Assembly (NCBI GenBank): GCA_977017575.1
Contig: CDRNVI010000021.1
Coordinates: 434,001 to 498,000 of the forward strand
DNA length: 64,000 nucleotides
Source: Paramoeba atlantica
Taxonomy: Eukaryota; Protista; Discosea
Reading direction: 5' to 3'
The notes beneath the pieces were generated by a model. The model was not told the DNA's origin and did no database searches. It saw only the letters and a program-made list of their open reading frames with translations. The position numbers and the translations under genes are program-made. Of this stretch, positions 12,040 through 26,213 are shown one piece after another (position 1 is the first letter of the stretch; each line of letters starts with the position of its first letter).

Positions 12040-12348
12040 ATGGCGAAAGGCAAGAAATCTGGTGATGCTAAGGGCGCACACGGCACGAAACGCCAAAAGA
12101 AGGCATTGAAGGACAACATCCGCGGAATCACAAAGCCCGCAATTCGCCGCCTTGCGCGCCGTGGTGGTGTCAAGCGCATCAGCGGAATCATGTACGAAGA
12201 GGTCCGTGGGATCCTCAAGTCTTTCGTGGAGGGCGTTGTCCGTGACAGCGTGACGTACACTGAGCACAGCAAGCGCCAGACGGTCACTGCTCTCGACGTC
12301 GTGTACGCTCTCCGCAAGCGTGGACGCATGTTGTACGGATACGCATAA
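12040..12348 (+). CDS. H4: Histone H4, unit 5
   Basis: Protein identical to unit 1. Confidence 0.98.
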   Translation: MAKGKKSGDAKGAHGTKRQKKALKDNIRGITKPAIRRLARRGGVKRISGIMYEEVRGILKSFVEGVVRDSVTYTEHSKRQTVTALDVVYALRKRGRMLYGYA

Positions 12349-12668
12349 GGATGACACTGAACACATGTTGATGCAACGGGTCTGAATCTCCACAAGGGTA
12401 ATCGTCGGGTTCTCTCTCTGTCCCCGTGAATCATTTCTGTGCGCATTTTCTTTCGTATGAGTCTTGAGTTGCTTCTCTGGTATCATACTAGCGCTTGAAA
12501 CATTCCGCCGTTTGGAGAAAACAATTGACCTATGAATCAACTCTTCGTAAGAAAACTATAATGCGCTCATAAGCAATACATCACGTCTTATTTGTCCATT
12601 CACTCATTCGTAACAACTACTATTTTTTGAAAGAACTCTTATTACTTTTCTCTCTTATTCCTATCACT

Positions 12669-13067
12669 ATGGCTACCCCGAAGAGCAGCAAGAAGGCGAA
12701 GAGCACCAAGAGCAGCCAGAAGAGCCGTGGCGCGAAGACGGGTCTGATCTTTCCCGTGGGCCGCATCGGCTCCATGCTCCGCCGTGGACGCTACACCAAG
12801 CGTGTGGCCTCCGCCGCCCCGGTGTACCTCGCCGCTGTGTTGGAGTACCTCACTGCCGAGCTTCTCGAGCTCTCCGGTAAGGTTGCGGGCCAGCACCACA
12901 AGAAGCGTATTACCCCTCGTGCCGTCACACTCGCCGTCCGTCACGACGAGGAGCTTTCTCAGCTGCTAAGCAACGTCACCTTCACTCAGGGCGGCGTACT
13001 TCCCAACCTTCACGACATGCTCAAGAAGAAGAAGGCATCCCGCAAGGCGAGCAGCCAACAGGTGTAA
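12669..13067 (+). CDS. H2A: Histone H2A, unit 5 (T13)
   Basis: As unit 1. Confidence 0.98.
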   Translation: MATPKSSKKAKSTKSSQKSRGAKTGLIFPVGRIGSMLRRGRYTKRVASAAPVYLAAVLEYLTAELLELSGKVAGQHHKKRITPRAVTLAVRHDEELSQLLSNVTFTQGGVLPNLHDMLKKKKASRKASSQQV

Positions 13068-13391
13068 GGTGCAATGAGTGCGTTATAATACGTCCCGCGT
13101 CACGTCACACAATCGGTACCCTTGTGAGATCCTTCTAGCATGGTGCTTCCCTTTCTTATGCACCATCCTAGGCATGTATTGACATGTACCTTGGCTCAGT
13201 AGAGCTACATTTTGTGAAGTTTCGGCGGATGCAATCAACGACATTGCGCACATCATACTAGGATACTGGTGGAGTATCGCGTGGGTGATACTTACCACGG
13301 TTCTCAATACATGTAAAACTTAAACCGTTCATTACGTAACCTCAATTCTTCGCCCTTATCCTTCTTTTTCTCCTACTCTACTTTATAACAC

Positions 13392-13718
13392 ATGGCGAAA
13401 GCAGCTAAAGTCGCAAAGAAGAGCTCTGGTCACCGCAAGTCCAAGAAGACCTTCAACACCTACATCTACCGCACCCTGAAGCAGATCCACAAAAACGTGG
13501 GATTCAGCAGCAAAGGGATCAAAGTTGTGAACTCTTTCGTGCAAGACATCTTTGAGCGCCTTGCCGTCGAGGCAGCCTCCCTCACGCGCTTCAACAAGAC
13601 CAAAACGTTGACTTCCCGCGAAGTACAAACCGCAGTGCGCCTGACTCTTCCCGCGGAGCTCGCAAAGCACGCAATGGCTGAGGGAACGAAGGCTGTCGCC
13701 AAGTTGGCCTCCCACTAA
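13392..13718 (+). CDS. H2B: Histone H2B, unit 5
   Basis: Protein identical to unit 1. Confidence 0.98.
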   Translation: MAKAAKVAKKSSGHRKSKKTFNTYIYRTLKQIHKNVGFSSKGIKVVNSFVQDIFERLAVEAASLTRFNKTKTLTSREVQTAVRLTLPAELAKHAMAEGTKAVAKLASH

Positions 13719-14049
13719 ATGCTGTGTGGTTCGACCAGGTAGCATGCAGAGGTGCAGCATCCGATCGTCATTTGTTCGAACTTTGTTGTAAAAAATGTTA
13801 TTCAAACGTACAAAGCCGTCGTGTTCACTATTAAGGTATACTTAGCAGTGAGTTTCATTCTGTGACGGACAAGTACGATTTACACTGTATTCATGACACT
13901 ATGAGAATGCATGCATGCACCGGCTCCATCTTATGTGAGGTACATTCTTGATATTGCTCACCCCTCTTTTCAAAATTTATTGTGACAAACCGAAGAAACC
14001 TGTTCTATTGAAAACCAGACATTTTTACTATCTATCCTCATTTTCACTC

Positions 14050-14478
14050 ATGGCTCGCACCAAGGAATCGTCTCGTAAATCTACGGGGAAGGTACCACGC
14101 GCTGGTCTCGTCTCCAAAGGCAAGAAGACAAGCTCTTCCAAGGCGAAGAAAGCGTCCAGCGGCTCCAGTGGCACCAAGAAACCCCACCGCTTTCGCCCGG
14201 GGACCGTCGCCCTCCGTGACATCAAAAAGTACCAGAAGGGCACTGAACTTCTCCTCCGCAAGCTTCCCTTCCAGCGTCTGGTCCGTGAGATTGCTCTCAG
14301 CGGCAAAGATGGTCTGCGTTTCCAAGCCAGCGCCGTCCTCGCCATGCAGGAGGCAACGGAGGCCCACATGGTCAACTTGTTCGCGGACACCTGTCTGTGC
14401 GCTATCCACGGTCGCCGGGTAACCATCATGCCGAAGGACGTCCAGCTCGCCCGCCGTCTCCGCGGCGAACGCTTCTAA
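14050..14478 (+). CDS. H3: Histone H3, unit 6
   Basis: Protein identical to unit 1. Confidence 0.98.
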   Translation: MARTKESSRKSTGKVPRAGLVSKGKKTSSSKAKKASSGSSGTKKPHRFRPGTVALRDIKKYQKGTELLLRKLPFQRLVREIALSGKDGLRFQASAVLAMQEATEAHMVNLFADTCLCAIHGRRVTIMPKDVQLARRLRGERF

Positions 14479-14812
14479 GCGTTTGTGAAATCCATTGAGT
14501 TCGGGAAGCCTCGCATACCCACTACGACAGCAACGATCTGAGGTTCTTTGTGCATTTCCTTCATTTTTGCACAAAGCCTTAATATGCTTTCTATGACATT
14601 AATGTTATTTGTAGTATCGGGTATAGGATGAATGCTTCACCTCCCATTCCCTCAACATAGACCACAGCGGCGTCGTGGGGCAAAACACACGCACACTGTG
14701 TGCGACGCTCCACAAACGAAATGGTTGTGTATTATGACGGATCTTGGCGCTCGTACGTAGTTTCTTTTTATCGTACTTTAGATTTTTTCATCTTACTTCC
14801 TATTCATTTCAA

Positions 14813-15121
14813 ATGGCGAAAGGCAAGAAATCTGGTGATGCTAAGGGCGCACACGGCACGAAACGCCAAAAGAAGGCATTGAAGGACAACATCCGCGGAA
14901 TCACAAAGCCCGCAATTCGCCGCCTTGCGCGCCGTGGTGGTGTCAAGCGCATCAGCGGAATCATGTACGAAGAGGTCCGTGGGATCCTCAAGTCTTTCGT
15001 GGAGGGCGTTGTCCGTGACAGCGTGACGTACACTGAGCACAGCAAGCGCCAGACGGTCACTGCTCTCGACGTCGTGTACGCTCTCCGCAAGCGTGGACGC
15101 ATGTTGTACGGATACGCATAA
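14813..15121 (+). CDS. H4: Histone H4, unit 6
   Basis: Protein identical to unit 1. Confidence 0.98.
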   Translation: MAKGKKSGDAKGAHGTKRQKKALKDNIRGITKPAIRRLARRGGVKRISGIMYEEVRGILKSFVEGVVRDSVTYTEHSKRQTVTALDVVYALRKRGRMLYGYA

Positions 15122-15441
15122 GGATGACACTGAACACATGTTGATGCAACGGGTCTGAATCTCCACAAGGGTAATCGTCGGGTTCTCTCTCTGTCCCCGT
15201 GAATCATTTCTGTGCGCAATTTCTTTCGTATGAGTCTTGAGTTGCTTCTCTGGTATCATACTAGCGCTTGAAACATTCCGCCGTTTGGAGAAAACAATTG
15301 ACCTATGAATCAACTCTTCGTAAGAAAACTATAATGCGCTCATAAGCAATACATCACGTCTTATTTGTCCATTCACTCATTCGTAACAACTACTATTTTT
15401 TGAAAGAACTCTTATTACTTTTCTCTCTTATTCCTATCACT

Positions 15442-15840
15442 ATGGCTACCCCGAAGAGCAGCAAGAAGGCGAAGAGCACCAAGAGCAGCCAGAAGAGCCG
15501 TGGCGCGAAGACGGGTCTGATCTTTCCCGTGGGCCGCATCGGCTCCATGCTCCGCCGTGGACGCTACACCAAGCGTGTGGCCTCCGCCGCCCCGGTGTAC
15601 CTCGCCGCTGTGTTGGAGTACCTCACTGCCGAGCTTCTCGAGCTCTCCGGTAAGGTTGCGGGCCAGCACCACAAGAAGCGTATTACCCCTCGTGCCGTCA
15701 CACTCGCCGTCCGTCACGACGAGGAGCTTTCTCAGCTGCTAAGCAACGTCACCTCCACTCAGGGCGGCGTACTTCCCAACCTTCACGACATGCTCAAGAA
15801 GAAGAAGGCATCCCGCAAGGCGAGCAGCCAACAGGTGTAA
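15442..15840 (+). CDS. H2A: Histone H2A, unit 6 (T13, F105S variant)
   Basis: NVTSTQGG instead of NVTFTQGG (ttc>tcc, codon at 15754). Confidence 0.97.
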   Translation: MATPKSSKKAKSTKSSQKSRGAKTGLIFPVGRIGSMLRRGRYTKRVASAAPVYLAAVLEYLTAELLELSGKVAGQHHKKRITPRAVTLAVRHDEELSQLLSNVTSTQGGVLPNLHDMLKKKKASRKASSQQV

Positions 15841-16164
15841 GGTGCAATGAGTGCGTTATAATACGTCCCGCGTCACGTCACACAATCGGTACCCTTGTGA
15901 GATCCTTCTAGCATGGTGCTTCCCTTTCTTATGCACCATCCTAGGCATGTATTGACATGTACCTTGGCTCAGTAGAGCTACATTTTGTGAAGTTTCGGCG
16001 GATGCAATCAACGACATTGCGCACATCATACTAGGATACTGGTGGAGTATCGCGTGGGTGATACTTACCACGGTTCTCAATACATGTAAAACTTAAACCG
16101 TTCATTACGTAACCTCAATTCTTCGCCCTTATCCTTCTTTTTCTCCTACTCTACTTTATAACAC

Positions 16165-16491
16165 ATGGCGAAAGCAGCTAAAGTCGCAAAGAAGAGCTCT
16201 GGTCACCGCAAGTCCAAGAAGACCTTCAACACCTACATCTACCGCACCCTGAAGCAGATCCACAAAAACGTGGGATTCAGCAGCAAAGGGATCAAAGTTG
16301 TGAACTCTTTCGTGCAAGACATCTTTGAGCGCCTTGCCGTCGAGGCAGCCTCCCTCACGCGCTTCAACAAGACCAAAACGTTGACTTCCCGCGAAGTACA
16401 AACCGCAGTGCGCCTGACTCTTCCCGCGGAGCTCGCAAAGCACGCAATGGCTGAGGGCACGAAGGCTGTCGCCAAGTTGGCCTCCCACTAA
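16165..16491 (+). CDS. H2B: Histone H2B, unit 6
   Basis: Protein identical to unit 1. Confidence 0.98.
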   Translation: MAKAAKVAKKSSGHRKSKKTFNTYIYRTLKQIHKNVGFSSKGIKVVNSFVQDIFERLAVEAASLTRFNKTKTLTSREVQTAVRLTLPAELAKHAMAEGTKAVAKLASH

Positions 16492-16822
16492 ATGCTGTGT
16501 GGTTCGACCAGGTAGCATGCAGAGGTGCAGCATCCGATCGTCATTTGTTCGAACTTTGTTGTAAAAAATGTTATTCAAACGTACAAAGCCGTCGTGTTCA
16601 CTATTAAGGTATACTTAGCAGTGAGTTTCATTCTGTGACGGACAAGTACGATTTACACTGTATTCATGACACTATGAGAATGCATGCATGCACCGGCTCC
16701 ATCTTATGTGAGGTACATTCTTGATATTGCTCACCCCTCTTTTCAAAATTTATTGTGACAAACCGAAGAAACCTGTTCTATTGAAAACCAGACATTTTTA
16801 CTATCTATCCTCATTTTCACTC

Positions 16823-17251
16823 ATGGCTCGCACCAAGGAATCGTCTCGTAAATCTACGGGGAAGGTACCACGCGCTGGTCTCGTCTCCAAAGGCAAGAAG
16901 ACAAGCTCTTCCAAGGCGAAGAAAGCGTCCAGCGGCTCCAGTGGCACCAAGAAACCCCACCGCTTTCGCCCGGGGACCGTTGCCCTCCGTGACATCAAAA
17001 AGTACCAGAAGGGCACTGAACTTCTCCTCCGCAAGCTTCCCTTCCAGCGTCTGGTCCGTGAGATTGCTCTCAGCGGCAAAGATGGTCTGCGTTTCCAAGC
17101 CAGCGCCGTCCTCGCCATGCAGGAGGCAACGGAGGCCCACATGGTCAACTTGTTCGCGGACACCTGTCTGTGCGCTATCCACGGTCGCCGGGTAACCATC
17201 ATGCCGAAGGACGTCCAGCTCGCCCGCCGTCTCCGCGGCGAACGCTTCTAA
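16823..17251 (+). CDS. H3: Histone H3, unit 7
   Basis: Protein identical to unit 1. Confidence 0.98.
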   Translation: MARTKESSRKSTGKVPRAGLVSKGKKTSSSKAKKASSGSSGTKKPHRFRPGTVALRDIKKYQKGTELLLRKLPFQRLVREIALSGKDGLRFQASAVLAMQEATEAHMVNLFADTCLCAIHGRRVTIMPKDVQLARRLRGERF

Positions 17252-17585
17252 GCGTTTGTGAAATCCATTGAGTTCGGGAAGCCTCGCATACCCACTACGA
17301 CAGCAACGATCTGAGGTTCTTTGTGCATTTCCTTCATTTTTGCACAAAGCCTTAATATGCTTTCTATGACATTAATGTTATTTGTAGTATCGGGTATAGG
17401 ATGAATGCTTCACCTCCCATTCCCTCAACATAGACCACAGCGGCGTCGTGGGGCAAAACACACGCACACTGTGTGCGACGCTCCACAAACGAAATGGTTG
17501 TGTATTATGACGGATCTTGGCGCTCGTACGTAGTTTCTTTTTATCGTACTTTAGATTTTTTCATCTTACTTCCTATTCATTTCAA

Positions 17586-17894
17586 ATGGCGAAAGGCAAG
17601 AAATCTGGTGATGCTAAGGGCGCACACGGCACGAAACGCCAAAAGAAGGCATTGAAGGACAACATCCGCGGAATCACAAAGCCCGCAATTCGCCGCCTTG
17701 CGCGCCGTGGTGGTGTCAAGCGCATCAGCGGAATCATGTACGAAGAGGTCCGTGGGATCCTCAAGTCTTTCGTGGAGGGCGTTGTCCGTGACAGCGTGAC
17801 GTACACTGAGCACAGCAAGCGCCAGACGGTCACTGCTCTCGACGTCGTGTACGCTCTCCGCAAGCGTGGACGCATGTTGTACGGATACGCATAA
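17586..17894 (+). CDS. H4: Histone H4, unit 7
   Basis: Protein identical to unit 1. Confidence 0.98.
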   Translation: MAKGKKSGDAKGAHGTKRQKKALKDNIRGITKPAIRRLARRGGVKRISGIMYEEVRGILKSFVEGVVRDSVTYTEHSKRQTVTALDVVYALRKRGRMLYGYA

Positions 17895-18214
17895 GGATGA
17901 CACTGAACACATGTTGATGCAACGGGTCTGAATCTCCACAAGGGTAATCGTCGGGTTCTCTCTCTGTCCCCGTGAATCATTTCTGTGCGCAATTTCTTTC
18001 GTATGAGTCTTGAGTTGCTTCTCTGGTATCATACTAGCGCTTGAAACATTCCGCCGTTTGGAGAAAACAATTGACCTATGAATCAACTCTTCGTAAGAAA
18101 ACTATAATGCGCTCATAAGCAATACATCACGTCTTATTTGTCCATTCACTCATTCGTAACAACTACTATTTTTTGAAAGAACTCTTATTACTTTTCTCTC
18201 TTATTCCTATCACT

Positions 18215-18613
18215 ATGGCTACCCCGAAGAGCAGCAAGAAGGCGAAGAGCATCAAGAGCAGCCAGAAGAGCCGTGGCGCGAAGACGGGTCTGATCTTTCC
18301 CGTGGGCCGCATCGGCTCCATGCTCCGCCGTGGACGCTACACCAAGCGTGTGGCCTCCGCCGCCCCGGTGTACCTCGCCGCTGTGTTGGAGTACCTCACT
18401 GCCGAGCTTCTCGAGCTCTCCGGTAAGGTTGCGGGCCAGCACCACAAGAAGCGTATTACCCCTCGTGCCGTCACACTCGCCGTCCGTCACGACGAGGAGC
18501 TTTCCCAGCTGCTAAGCAACGTCACCTTCACTCAGGGCGGCGTACTTCCCAACCTTCACGACATGCTCAAGAAGAAGAAGGCATCCCGCAAGGCGAGCAG
18601 CCAACAGGTGTAA
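18215..18613 (+). CDS. H2A: Histone H2A, unit 7 (I13)
   Basis: As unit 2. Confidence 0.98.
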   Translation: MATPKSSKKAKSIKSSQKSRGAKTGLIFPVGRIGSMLRRGRYTKRVASAAPVYLAAVLEYLTAELLELSGKVAGQHHKKRITPRAVTLAVRHDEELSQLLSNVTFTQGGVLPNLHDMLKKKKASRKASSQQV

Positions 18614-18937
18614 GGTGCAATGAGTGCGTTATAATACGTCCCGCGTCACGTCACACAATCGGTACCCTTGTGAGATCCTTCTAGCATGGTGCTTCCCTTT
18701 CTTATGCACCATCCTAGGCATGTATTGACATGTACCTTGGCTCAGTAGAGCTACATTTTGTGAAGTTTCGGCGGATGCAATCAACGACATTGCGCACATC
18801 ATACTAGGATACTGGTGGAGTATCGCGTGGGTGATACTTACCACGGTTCTCAATACATGTAAAACTTAAACCGTTCATTACGTAACCTCAATTCTTCGCC
18901 CTTATCCTTCTTTTTCTCCTACTCTACTTTATAACAC

Positions 18938-19264
18938 ATGGCGAAAGCAGCTAAAGTCGCAAAGAAGAGCTCTGGTCACCGCAAGTCCAAGAAGACCTTC
19001 AACACCTACATCTACCGCACCCTGAAGCAGATCCACAAAAACGTGGGATTCAGCAGCAAAGGGATCAAAGTTGTGAACTCTTTCGTGCAGGACATCTTTG
19101 AGCGCCTTGCCGTCGAGGCAGCCTCCCTCACGCGCTTCAACAAGACCAAAACGTTGACTTCCCGCGAAGTACAAACCGCAGTGCGCCTGACTCTTCCCGC
19201 GGAGCTCGCAAAGCACGCAATGGCTGAGGGCACGAAGGCTGTCGCCAAGTTGGCCTCCCACTAA
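18938..19264 (+). CDS. H2B: Histone H2B, unit 7
   Basis: Protein identical to unit 1. Confidence 0.98.
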   Translation: MAKAAKVAKKSSGHRKSKKTFNTYIYRTLKQIHKNVGFSSKGIKVVNSFVQDIFERLAVEAASLTRFNKTKTLTSREVQTAVRLTLPAELAKHAMAEGTKAVAKLASH

Positions 19265-19595
19265 ATGCTGTGTGGTTCGACCAGGTAGCATGCAGAGGTG
19301 CAGCATCCGATCGTCATTTGTTCGAACTTTGTTGTAAAAAATGTTATTCAAACGTACAAAGCCGTCGTGTTCACTATTAAGGTATACTTAGCAGTGAGTT
19401 TCATTCTGTGACGGACAAGTACGATTTACACTGTATTCATGACACTATGAGAATGCATGCATGCACCGGCTCCATCTTATGTGAGGTACATTCTTGATAT
19501 TGCTCACCCCTCTTTTCAAAATTTATTGTGACAAACCGAAGAAACCTGTTCTATTGAAAACCAGACATTTTTACTATCTATCCTCATTTTCACTC

Positions 19596-20024
19596 ATGGC
19601 TCGCACCAAGGAATCGTCTCGTAAATCTACGGGGAAGGTACCACGCGCTGGTCTCGTCTCCAAAGGCAAGAAGACAAGCTCTTCCAAGGCGAAGAAAGCG
19701 TCCAGCGGCTCCAGTGGCACCAAGAAACCCCACCGCTTTCGCCCGGGGACCGTTGCCCTCCGTGACATCAAAAAGTACCAGAAGGGCACTGAACTTCTCC
19801 TCCGCAAGCTTCCCTTCCAGCGTCTGGTCCGTGAGATTGCTCTCAGCGGCAAAGATGGTCTGCGTTTCCAAGCCAGCGCCGTCCTCGCCATGCAGGAGGC
19901 AACGGAGGCCCACATGGTCAACTTGTTCGCGGACACCTGTCTGTGCGCTATCCACGGTCGCCGGGTAACCATCATGCCGAAGGACGTCCAGCTCGCCCGC
20001 CGTCTCCGCGGCGAACGCTTCTAA
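19596..20024 (+). CDS. H3: Histone H3, unit 8
   Basis: Protein identical to unit 1. Confidence 0.98.
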   Translation: MARTKESSRKSTGKVPRAGLVSKGKKTSSSKAKKASSGSSGTKKPHRFRPGTVALRDIKKYQKGTELLLRKLPFQRLVREIALSGKDGLRFQASAVLAMQEATEAHMVNLFADTCLCAIHGRRVTIMPKDVQLARRLRGERF

Positions 20025-20358
20025 GCGTTTGTGAAATCCATTGAGTTCGGGAAGCCTCGCATACCCACTACGACAGCAACGATCTGAGGTTCTTTGTGCA
20101 TTTCCTTCATTTTTGCACAAAGCCTTAATATGCTTTCTATGACATTAATGTTATTTGTAGTATCGGGTATAGAATGAATGCTTCACCTCCCATTCCCTCA
20201 ACATAGACCACAGCGGCGTCGTGGGGCAAAACACACGCACACTGTGTGCGACGCTCCACAAACGAAATGGTTGTGTATTATGACGGATCTTGGCGCTCGT
20301 ACGTAGTTTCTTTTTATCGTACTTTAGATTTTTTCATCTTACTTCCTATTCATTTCAA

Positions 20359-20667
20359 ATGGCGAAAGGCAAGAAATCTGGTGATGCTAAGGGCGCACAC
20401 GGCACGAAACGCCAAAAGAAGGCATTGAAGGACAACATCCGCGGAATCACAAAGCCCGCAATTCGCCGCCTTGCGCGCCGTGGTGGTGTCAAGCGCATCA
20501 GCGGAATCATGTACGAAGAGGTCCGTGGGATCCTCAAGTCTTTCGTGGAGGGCGTTGTCCGTGACAGCGTGACGTACACTGAGCACAGCAAGCGCCAGAC
20601 GGTCACTGCTCTCGACGTCGTGTACGCTCTCCGCAAGCGTGGACGCATGTTGTACGGATACGCATAA
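20359..20667 (+). CDS. H4: Histone H4, unit 8
   Basis: Protein identical to unit 1. Confidence 0.98.
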   Translation: MAKGKKSGDAKGAHGTKRQKKALKDNIRGITKPAIRRLARRGGVKRISGIMYEEVRGILKSFVEGVVRDSVTYTEHSKRQTVTALDVVYALRKRGRMLYGYA

Positions 20668-20987
20668 GGATGACACTGAACACATGTTGATGCAACGGGT
20701 CTGAATCTCCACAAGGGTAATCGTCGGGTTCTCTCTCTGTCCCCGTGAATCATTTCTGTGCGCAATTTCTTTCGTATGAGTCTTGAGTTGCTTCTCTGGT
20801 ATCATACTAGCGCTTGAAACATTCCGCCGTTTGGAGAAAACAATTGACCTATGAATCAACTCTTCGTAAGAAAACTATAATGCGCTCATAAGCAATACAT
20901 CACGTCTTATTTGTCCATTCACTCATTCGTAACAACTACTATTTTTTGAAAGAACTCTTATTACTTTTCTCTCTTATTCCTATCACT

Positions 20988-21386
20988 ATGGCTACCCCGA
21001 AGAGCAGCAAGAAGGCGAAGAGCATCAAGAGCAGCCAGAAGAGCCGTGGCGCGAAGACGGGTCTGATCTTTCCCGTGGGCCGCATCGGCTCCATGCTCCG
21101 CCGTGGACGCTACACCAAGCGTGTGGCCTCCGCCGCCCCGGTGTACCTCGCCGCTGTGTTGGAGTACCTCACTGCCGAGCTTCTCGAGCTCTCCGGTAAG
21201 GTTGCGGGCCAGCACCATAAGAAGCGTATTACCCCTCGTGCCGTCACACTCGCCGTCCGTCACGACGAGGAGCTTTCTCAGCTGCTAAGCAACGTCACCT
21301 TCACTCAGGGCGGCGTACTTCCCAACCTTCACGACATGCTCAAGAAGAAGAAGGCATCCCGCAAGGCGAGCAGCCAACAGGTGTAA
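20988..21386 (+). CDS. H2A: Histone H2A, unit 8 (I13)
   Basis: As unit 2. Confidence 0.98.
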   Translation: MATPKSSKKAKSIKSSQKSRGAKTGLIFPVGRIGSMLRRGRYTKRVASAAPVYLAAVLEYLTAELLELSGKVAGQHHKKRITPRAVTLAVRHDEELSQLLSNVTFTQGGVLPNLHDMLKKKKASRKASSQQV

Positions 21387-21710
21387 GGTGCAATGAGTGC
21401 GTTATAATACGTCCCGCGTCACGTCACACAATCGGTACCCTTGTGAGATCCTTCTAGCATGGTGCTTCCCTTTCTTATGCACCATCCTAGGCATGTATTG
21501 ACATGTACCTTGGCTCAGTAGAGCTACATTTTGTGAAGTTTCGGCGGATGCAATCAACGACATTGCGCACATCATACTAGGATACTGGTGGAGTATCGCG
21601 TGGGTGATACTTACCACGGTTCTCAATACATGTAAAACTTAAACCGTTCATTACGTAACCTCAATTCTTCGCCCTTATCCTTCTTTTTCTCCTACTCTAC
21701 TTTATAACAC

Positions 21711-22037
21711 ATGGCGAAAGCAGCTAAAGTCGCAAAGAAGAGCTCTGGTCACCGCAAGTCCAAGAAGACCTTCAACACCTACATCTACCGCACCCTGAAG
21801 CAGATCCACAAAAACGTGGGATTCAGCAGCAAAGGGATCAAAGTTGTGAACTCTTTCGTGCAAGACATCTTTGAGCGCCTTGCCGTCGAGGCAGCCTCCC
21901 TCACGCGCTTCAACAAGACCAAAACGTTGACTTCCCGCGAAGTACAAACCGCAGTGCGCCTGACTCTTCCCGCGGAGCTCGCAAAGCACGCAATGGCTGA
22001 GGGAACGAAGGCTGTCGCCAAGTTGGCCTCCCACTAA
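21711..22037 (+). CDS. H2B: Histone H2B, unit 8
   Basis: Protein identical to unit 1. Confidence 0.98.
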   Translation: MAKAAKVAKKSSGHRKSKKTFNTYIYRTLKQIHKNVGFSSKGIKVVNSFVQDIFERLAVEAASLTRFNKTKTLTSREVQTAVRLTLPAELAKHAMAEGTKAVAKLASH

Positions 22038-22368
22038 ATGCTGTGTGGTTCGACCAGGTAGCATGCAGAGGTGCAGCATCCGATCGTCATTTGTTCGAAC
22101 TTTGTTGTAAAAAATGTTATTCAAACGTACAAAGCCGTCGTGTTCACTATTAAGGTATACTTAGCAGTGAGTTTCATTCTGTGACGGACAAGTACGATTT
22201 ACACTGTATTCATGACACTATGAGAATGCATGCATGCACCGGCTCCATCTTATGTGAGGTACATTCTTGATATTGCTCACCCCTCTTTTCAAAATTTATT
22301 GTGACAAACCGAAGAAACCTGTTCTATTGAAAACCAGACATTTTTACTATCTATCCTCATTTTCACTC

Positions 22369-22797
22369 ATGGCTCGCACCAAGGAATCGTCTCGTAAATC
22401 TACGGGGAAGGTACCACGCGCTGGTCTCGTCTCCAAAGGCAAGAAGACAAGCTCTTCCAAGGCGAAGAAAGCGTCCAGCGGCTCCAGTGGCACCAAGAAA
22501 CCCCACCGCTTTCGCCCGGGGACCGTCGCCCTCCGTGACATCAAAAAGTACCAGAAGGGCACTGAACTTCTCCTCCGCAAGCTTCCCTTCCAGCGTCTGG
22601 TCCGTGAGATTGCTCTCAGCGGCAAAGATGGTCTGCGTTTCCAAGCCAGCGCCGTCCTCGCCATGCAGGAGGCAACGGAGGCCCACATGGTCAACTTGTT
22701 CGCGGACACCTGTCTGTGCGCTATCCACGGTCGCCGGGTAACCATCATGCCGAAGGACGTCCAGCTCGCCCGCCGTCTCCGCGGCGAACGCTTCTAA
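22369..22797 (+). CDS. H3: Histone H3, unit 9
   Basis: Protein identical to unit 1. Confidence 0.98.
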   Translation: MARTKESSRKSTGKVPRAGLVSKGKKTSSSKAKKASSGSSGTKKPHRFRPGTVALRDIKKYQKGTELLLRKLPFQRLVREIALSGKDGLRFQASAVLAMQEATEAHMVNLFADTCLCAIHGRRVTIMPKDVQLARRLRGERF

Positions 22798-23131
22798 GCG
22801 TTTGTGAAATCCATTGAGTTCGGGAAGCCTCGCATACCCACTACGACAGCAACGATCTGAGGTTCTTTGTGCATTTCCTTCATTTTTGCACAAAGCCTTA
22901 ATATGCTTTCTATGACATTAATGTTATTTGTAGTATCGGGTATAGAATGAATGCTTCACCTCCCATTCCCTCAACATAGACCACAGCGGCGTCGTGGGGC
23001 AAAACACACGCACACTGTGTGCGACGCTCCACAAACGAAATGGTTGTGTATTATGACGGATCTTGGCGCTCGTACGTAGTTTCTTTTTATCGTACTTTAG
23101 ATTTTTTCATCTTACTTCCTATTCATTTCAA

Positions 23132-23440
23132 ATGGCGAAAGGCAAGAAATCTGGTGATGCTAAGGGCGCACACGGCACGAAACGCCAAAAGAAGGCATTG
23201 AAGGACAACATCCGCGGAATCACAAAGCCCGCAATTTGCCGCCTTGCGCGCCGTGGTGGTGTCAAGCGCATCAGCGGAATCATGTACGAAGAGGTCCGTG
23301 GGATCCTCAAGTCTTTCGTGGAGGGCGTTGTCCGTGACAGCGTGACGTACACTGAGCACAGCAAGCGCCAGACGGTCACTGCTCTCGACGTCGTGTACGC
23401 TCTCCGCAAGCGTGGACGCATGTTGTACGGATACGCATAA
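23132..23440 (+). CDS. H4: Histone H4, unit 9 (R36C variant)
   Basis: [13 protein letters not shown] instead of [13 protein letters not shown] (cgc>tgc). Confidence 0.97.
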   Translation: MAKGKKSGDAKGAHGTKRQKKALKDNIRGITKPAICRLARRGGVKRISGIMYEEVRGILKSFVEGVVRDSVTYTEHSKRQTVTALDVVYALRKRGRMLYGYA

Positions 23441-23760
23441 GGATGACACTGAACACATGTTGATGCAATGGGTCTGAATCTCCACAAGGGTAATCGTCGG
23501 GTTCTCTCTCTGTCCCCGTGAATCATTTCTGTGCGCAATTTCTTTCGTATGAGTCTTGAGTTGCTTCTCTGGTATCATACTAGCGCTTGAAACATTCCGC
23601 CGTTTGGAGAAAACAATTGACCTATGAATCAACTCTTCGTAAGAAAACTATAATGCGCTCATAAGCAATACATCACGTCTTATTTGTCCATTCACTCATT
23701 CGTAACAACTACTATTTTTTGAAAGAACTCTTATTACTTTTCTCTCTTATTCCTATCACT

Positions 23761-24159
23761 ATGGCTACCCCGAAGAGCAGCAAGAAGGCGAAGAGCACCA
23801 AGAGCAGCCAGAAGAGCCGTGGCGCGAAGACGGGTCTGATCTTTCCCGTGGGCCGCATCGGCTCCATGCTCCGCCGTGGACGCTACACCAAGCGTGTGGC
23901 CTCCGCCGCCCCGGTGTACCTCGCCGCTGTGTTGGAGTACCTCACTGCCGAGCTTCTCGAGCTCTCCGGTAAGGTTGCGGGCCAGCACCATAAGAAGCGT
24001 ATTACCCCTCGTGCCGTCACACTCGCCGTCCGTCACGACGAGGAGCTTTCTCAGCTGCTAAGCAACGTCACCTTCACTCAGGGCGGCGTACTTCCCAACC
24101 TTCACGACATGCTCAAGAAGAAGAAGGCATCCCGCAAGGCGAGCAGCCAACAGGTGTAA
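23761..24159 (+). CDS. H2A: Histone H2A, unit 9 (T13)
   Basis: As unit 1. Confidence 0.98.
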   Translation: MATPKSSKKAKSTKSSQKSRGAKTGLIFPVGRIGSMLRRGRYTKRVASAAPVYLAAVLEYLTAELLELSGKVAGQHHKKRITPRAVTLAVRHDEELSQLLSNVTFTQGGVLPNLHDMLKKKKASRKASSQQV

Positions 24160-24483
24160 GGTGCAATGAGTGCGTTATAATACGTCCCGCGTCACGTCAC
24201 ACAATCGGTACCCTTGTGAGATCCTTCTAGCATGGTGCTTCCCTTTCTTATGCACCATCCTAGGCATGTATTGACATGTACCTTGGCTCAGTAGAGCTAC
24301 ATTTTGTGAAGTTTCGGCGGATGCAATCAACGACATTGCGCACATCATACTAGGATACTGGTGGAGTATCGCGTGGGTGATACTTACCACGGTTCTCAAT
24401 ACATGTAAAACTTAAACCGTTCATTACGTAACCTCAATTCTTCACCCTTATCCTTCTTTTTCTCCTACTCTACTTTATAACAC

Positions 24484-24810
24484 ATGGCGAAAGCAGCTAA
24501 AGTCGCAAAGAAGAGCTCTGGTCACCGCAAGTCCAAGAAAACCTTCAACACCTACATCTACCGCACCCTGAAGCAGATCCACAAAAACGTGGGATTCAGT
24601 AGCAAAGGGATCAAAGTTGTGAACTCTTTCGTGCAAGACATCTTTGAGCGCCTTGCCGTCGAGGCAGCCTCCCTCACGCGCTTCAACAAGACCAAAACGT
24701 TGACTTCCCGCGAAGTACAAACCGCAGTGCGCCTGACTCTTCCCGCGGAGCTCGCAAAGCACGCAATGGCTGAGGGCACGAAGGCTGTCGCCAAGTTGGC
24801 CTCCCACTAA
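24484..24810 (+). CDS. H2B: Histone H2B, unit 9
   Basis: Protein identical to unit 1. Confidence 0.98.
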   Translation: MAKAAKVAKKSSGHRKSKKTFNTYIYRTLKQIHKNVGFSSKGIKVVNSFVQDIFERLAVEAASLTRFNKTKTLTSREVQTAVRLTLPAELAKHAMAEGTKAVAKLASH

Positions 24811-25141
24811 ATGCTGTGTGGTTCGACCAGGTAGCATGCAGAGGTGCAGCATCCGATCGTCATTTGTTCGAACTTTGTTGTAAAAAATGTTATTCAAACG
24901 TACAAAGCCGTCGTGTTCACTATTAAGGTATACTTAGCAGTGAGTTTCATTCTGTGACGGACAAGTACGATTTACACTGTATTCATGACCTTATGAGAAT
25001 GTATGCATGCACCGGCTCCATCTTATGTGAGGTACATTCTTGATATTGCTCGCCCCTCTTTTCAAAATTTATTGTGACAAACCGAAGAAACCTGTTCTAT
25101 TGAAAACCAGACATTTTTACTATCTATCCTCATTTTCACTC

Positions 25142-25570
25142 ATGGCTCGCACCAAGGAATCGTCTCGTAAATCTACGGGGAAGGTACCACGCGCTGGTCT
25201 CGTCTCCAAAGGCAAGAAGACAAGCTCTTCCAAGGCGAAGAAAGCGTCCAGCGGCTCCAGTGGCACCAAGAAACCCCACCGCTTTCGCCCGGGGACCGTC
25301 GCCCTCCGTGACATCAAAAAGTACCAGAAGGGCACTGAACTTCTCCTCCGCAAGCTTCCCTTCCAGCGTCTGGTCCGTGAGATTGCTCTCAGCGGCAAAG
25401 ATGGTCTGCGTTTCCAAGCCAGCGCCGTCCTCGCCATGCAGGAGGCAACGGAGGCCCACATGGTCAACTTGTTCGCGGACACCTGTCTGTGCGCTATCCA
25501 CGGTCGCCGGGTAACCATTATGCCGAAGGACGTCCAGCTCGCCCGCCGTCTCCGCGGCGAACGCTTCTAA
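25142..25570 (+). CDS. H3: Histone H3, unit 10
   Basis: Protein identical to unit 1. Confidence 0.98.
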   Translation: MARTKESSRKSTGKVPRAGLVSKGKKTSSSKAKKASSGSSGTKKPHRFRPGTVALRDIKKYQKGTELLLRKLPFQRLVREIALSGKDGLRFQASAVLAMQEATEAHMVNLFADTCLCAIHGRRVTIMPKDVQLARRLRGERF

Positions 25571-25904
25571 GCGTTTGTGAAATCCATTGAGTTCGGGAAG
25601 CCTCGCATACCCACTACGACAGCAACGATCGGAGGTTCTTTGTGCATTTCCTTCATTTTTGCACAAAGCCTTAATATGCTTTCTATGACATTAATGTTAT
25701 TTGTAGTATCGGGTATAGGATGAATGCTTCACCTCCCATTCCCTCAACATAGACCACAGCGGCGTCGTGGGGCAAAACACACGCACACTGTGTGCGACGC
25801 TCCACAAACGAAATGGTTGTGTATTATGACGGATCTTGGCGCTCGTACGTAGTTTCTTTTTATCGTACTTTAGATTTTTTCATCTTACTTCCTATTCATT
25901 TCAA

Positions 25905-26213
25905 ATGGCGAAAGGCAAGAAATCTGGTGATGCTAAGGGCGCACACGGCACGAAACGCCAAAAGAAGGCATTGAAGGACAACATCCGCGGAATCACAAAG
26001 CCCGCAATTCGCCGCCTTGCGCGCCGTGGTGGTGTCAAGCGCATCAGCGGAATCATGTACGAAGAGGTCCGTGGGATCCTCAAGTCTTTCGTGGAGGGCG
26101 TTGTCCGTGACAGCGTGACGTACACTGAGCACAGCAAGCGCCAGACGGTCACTGCTCTCGACGTCGTGTACGCTCTCCGCAAGCGTGGACGCATGTTGTA
26201 CGGATACGCATAA
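25905..26213 (+). CDS. H4: Histone H4, unit 10
   Basis: Protein identical to unit 1. Confidence 0.98.
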   Translation: MAKGKKSGDAKGAHGTKRQKKALKDNIRGITKPAIRRLARRGGVKRISGIMYEEVRGILKSFVEGVVRDSVTYTEHSKRQTVTALDVVYALRKRGRMLYGYA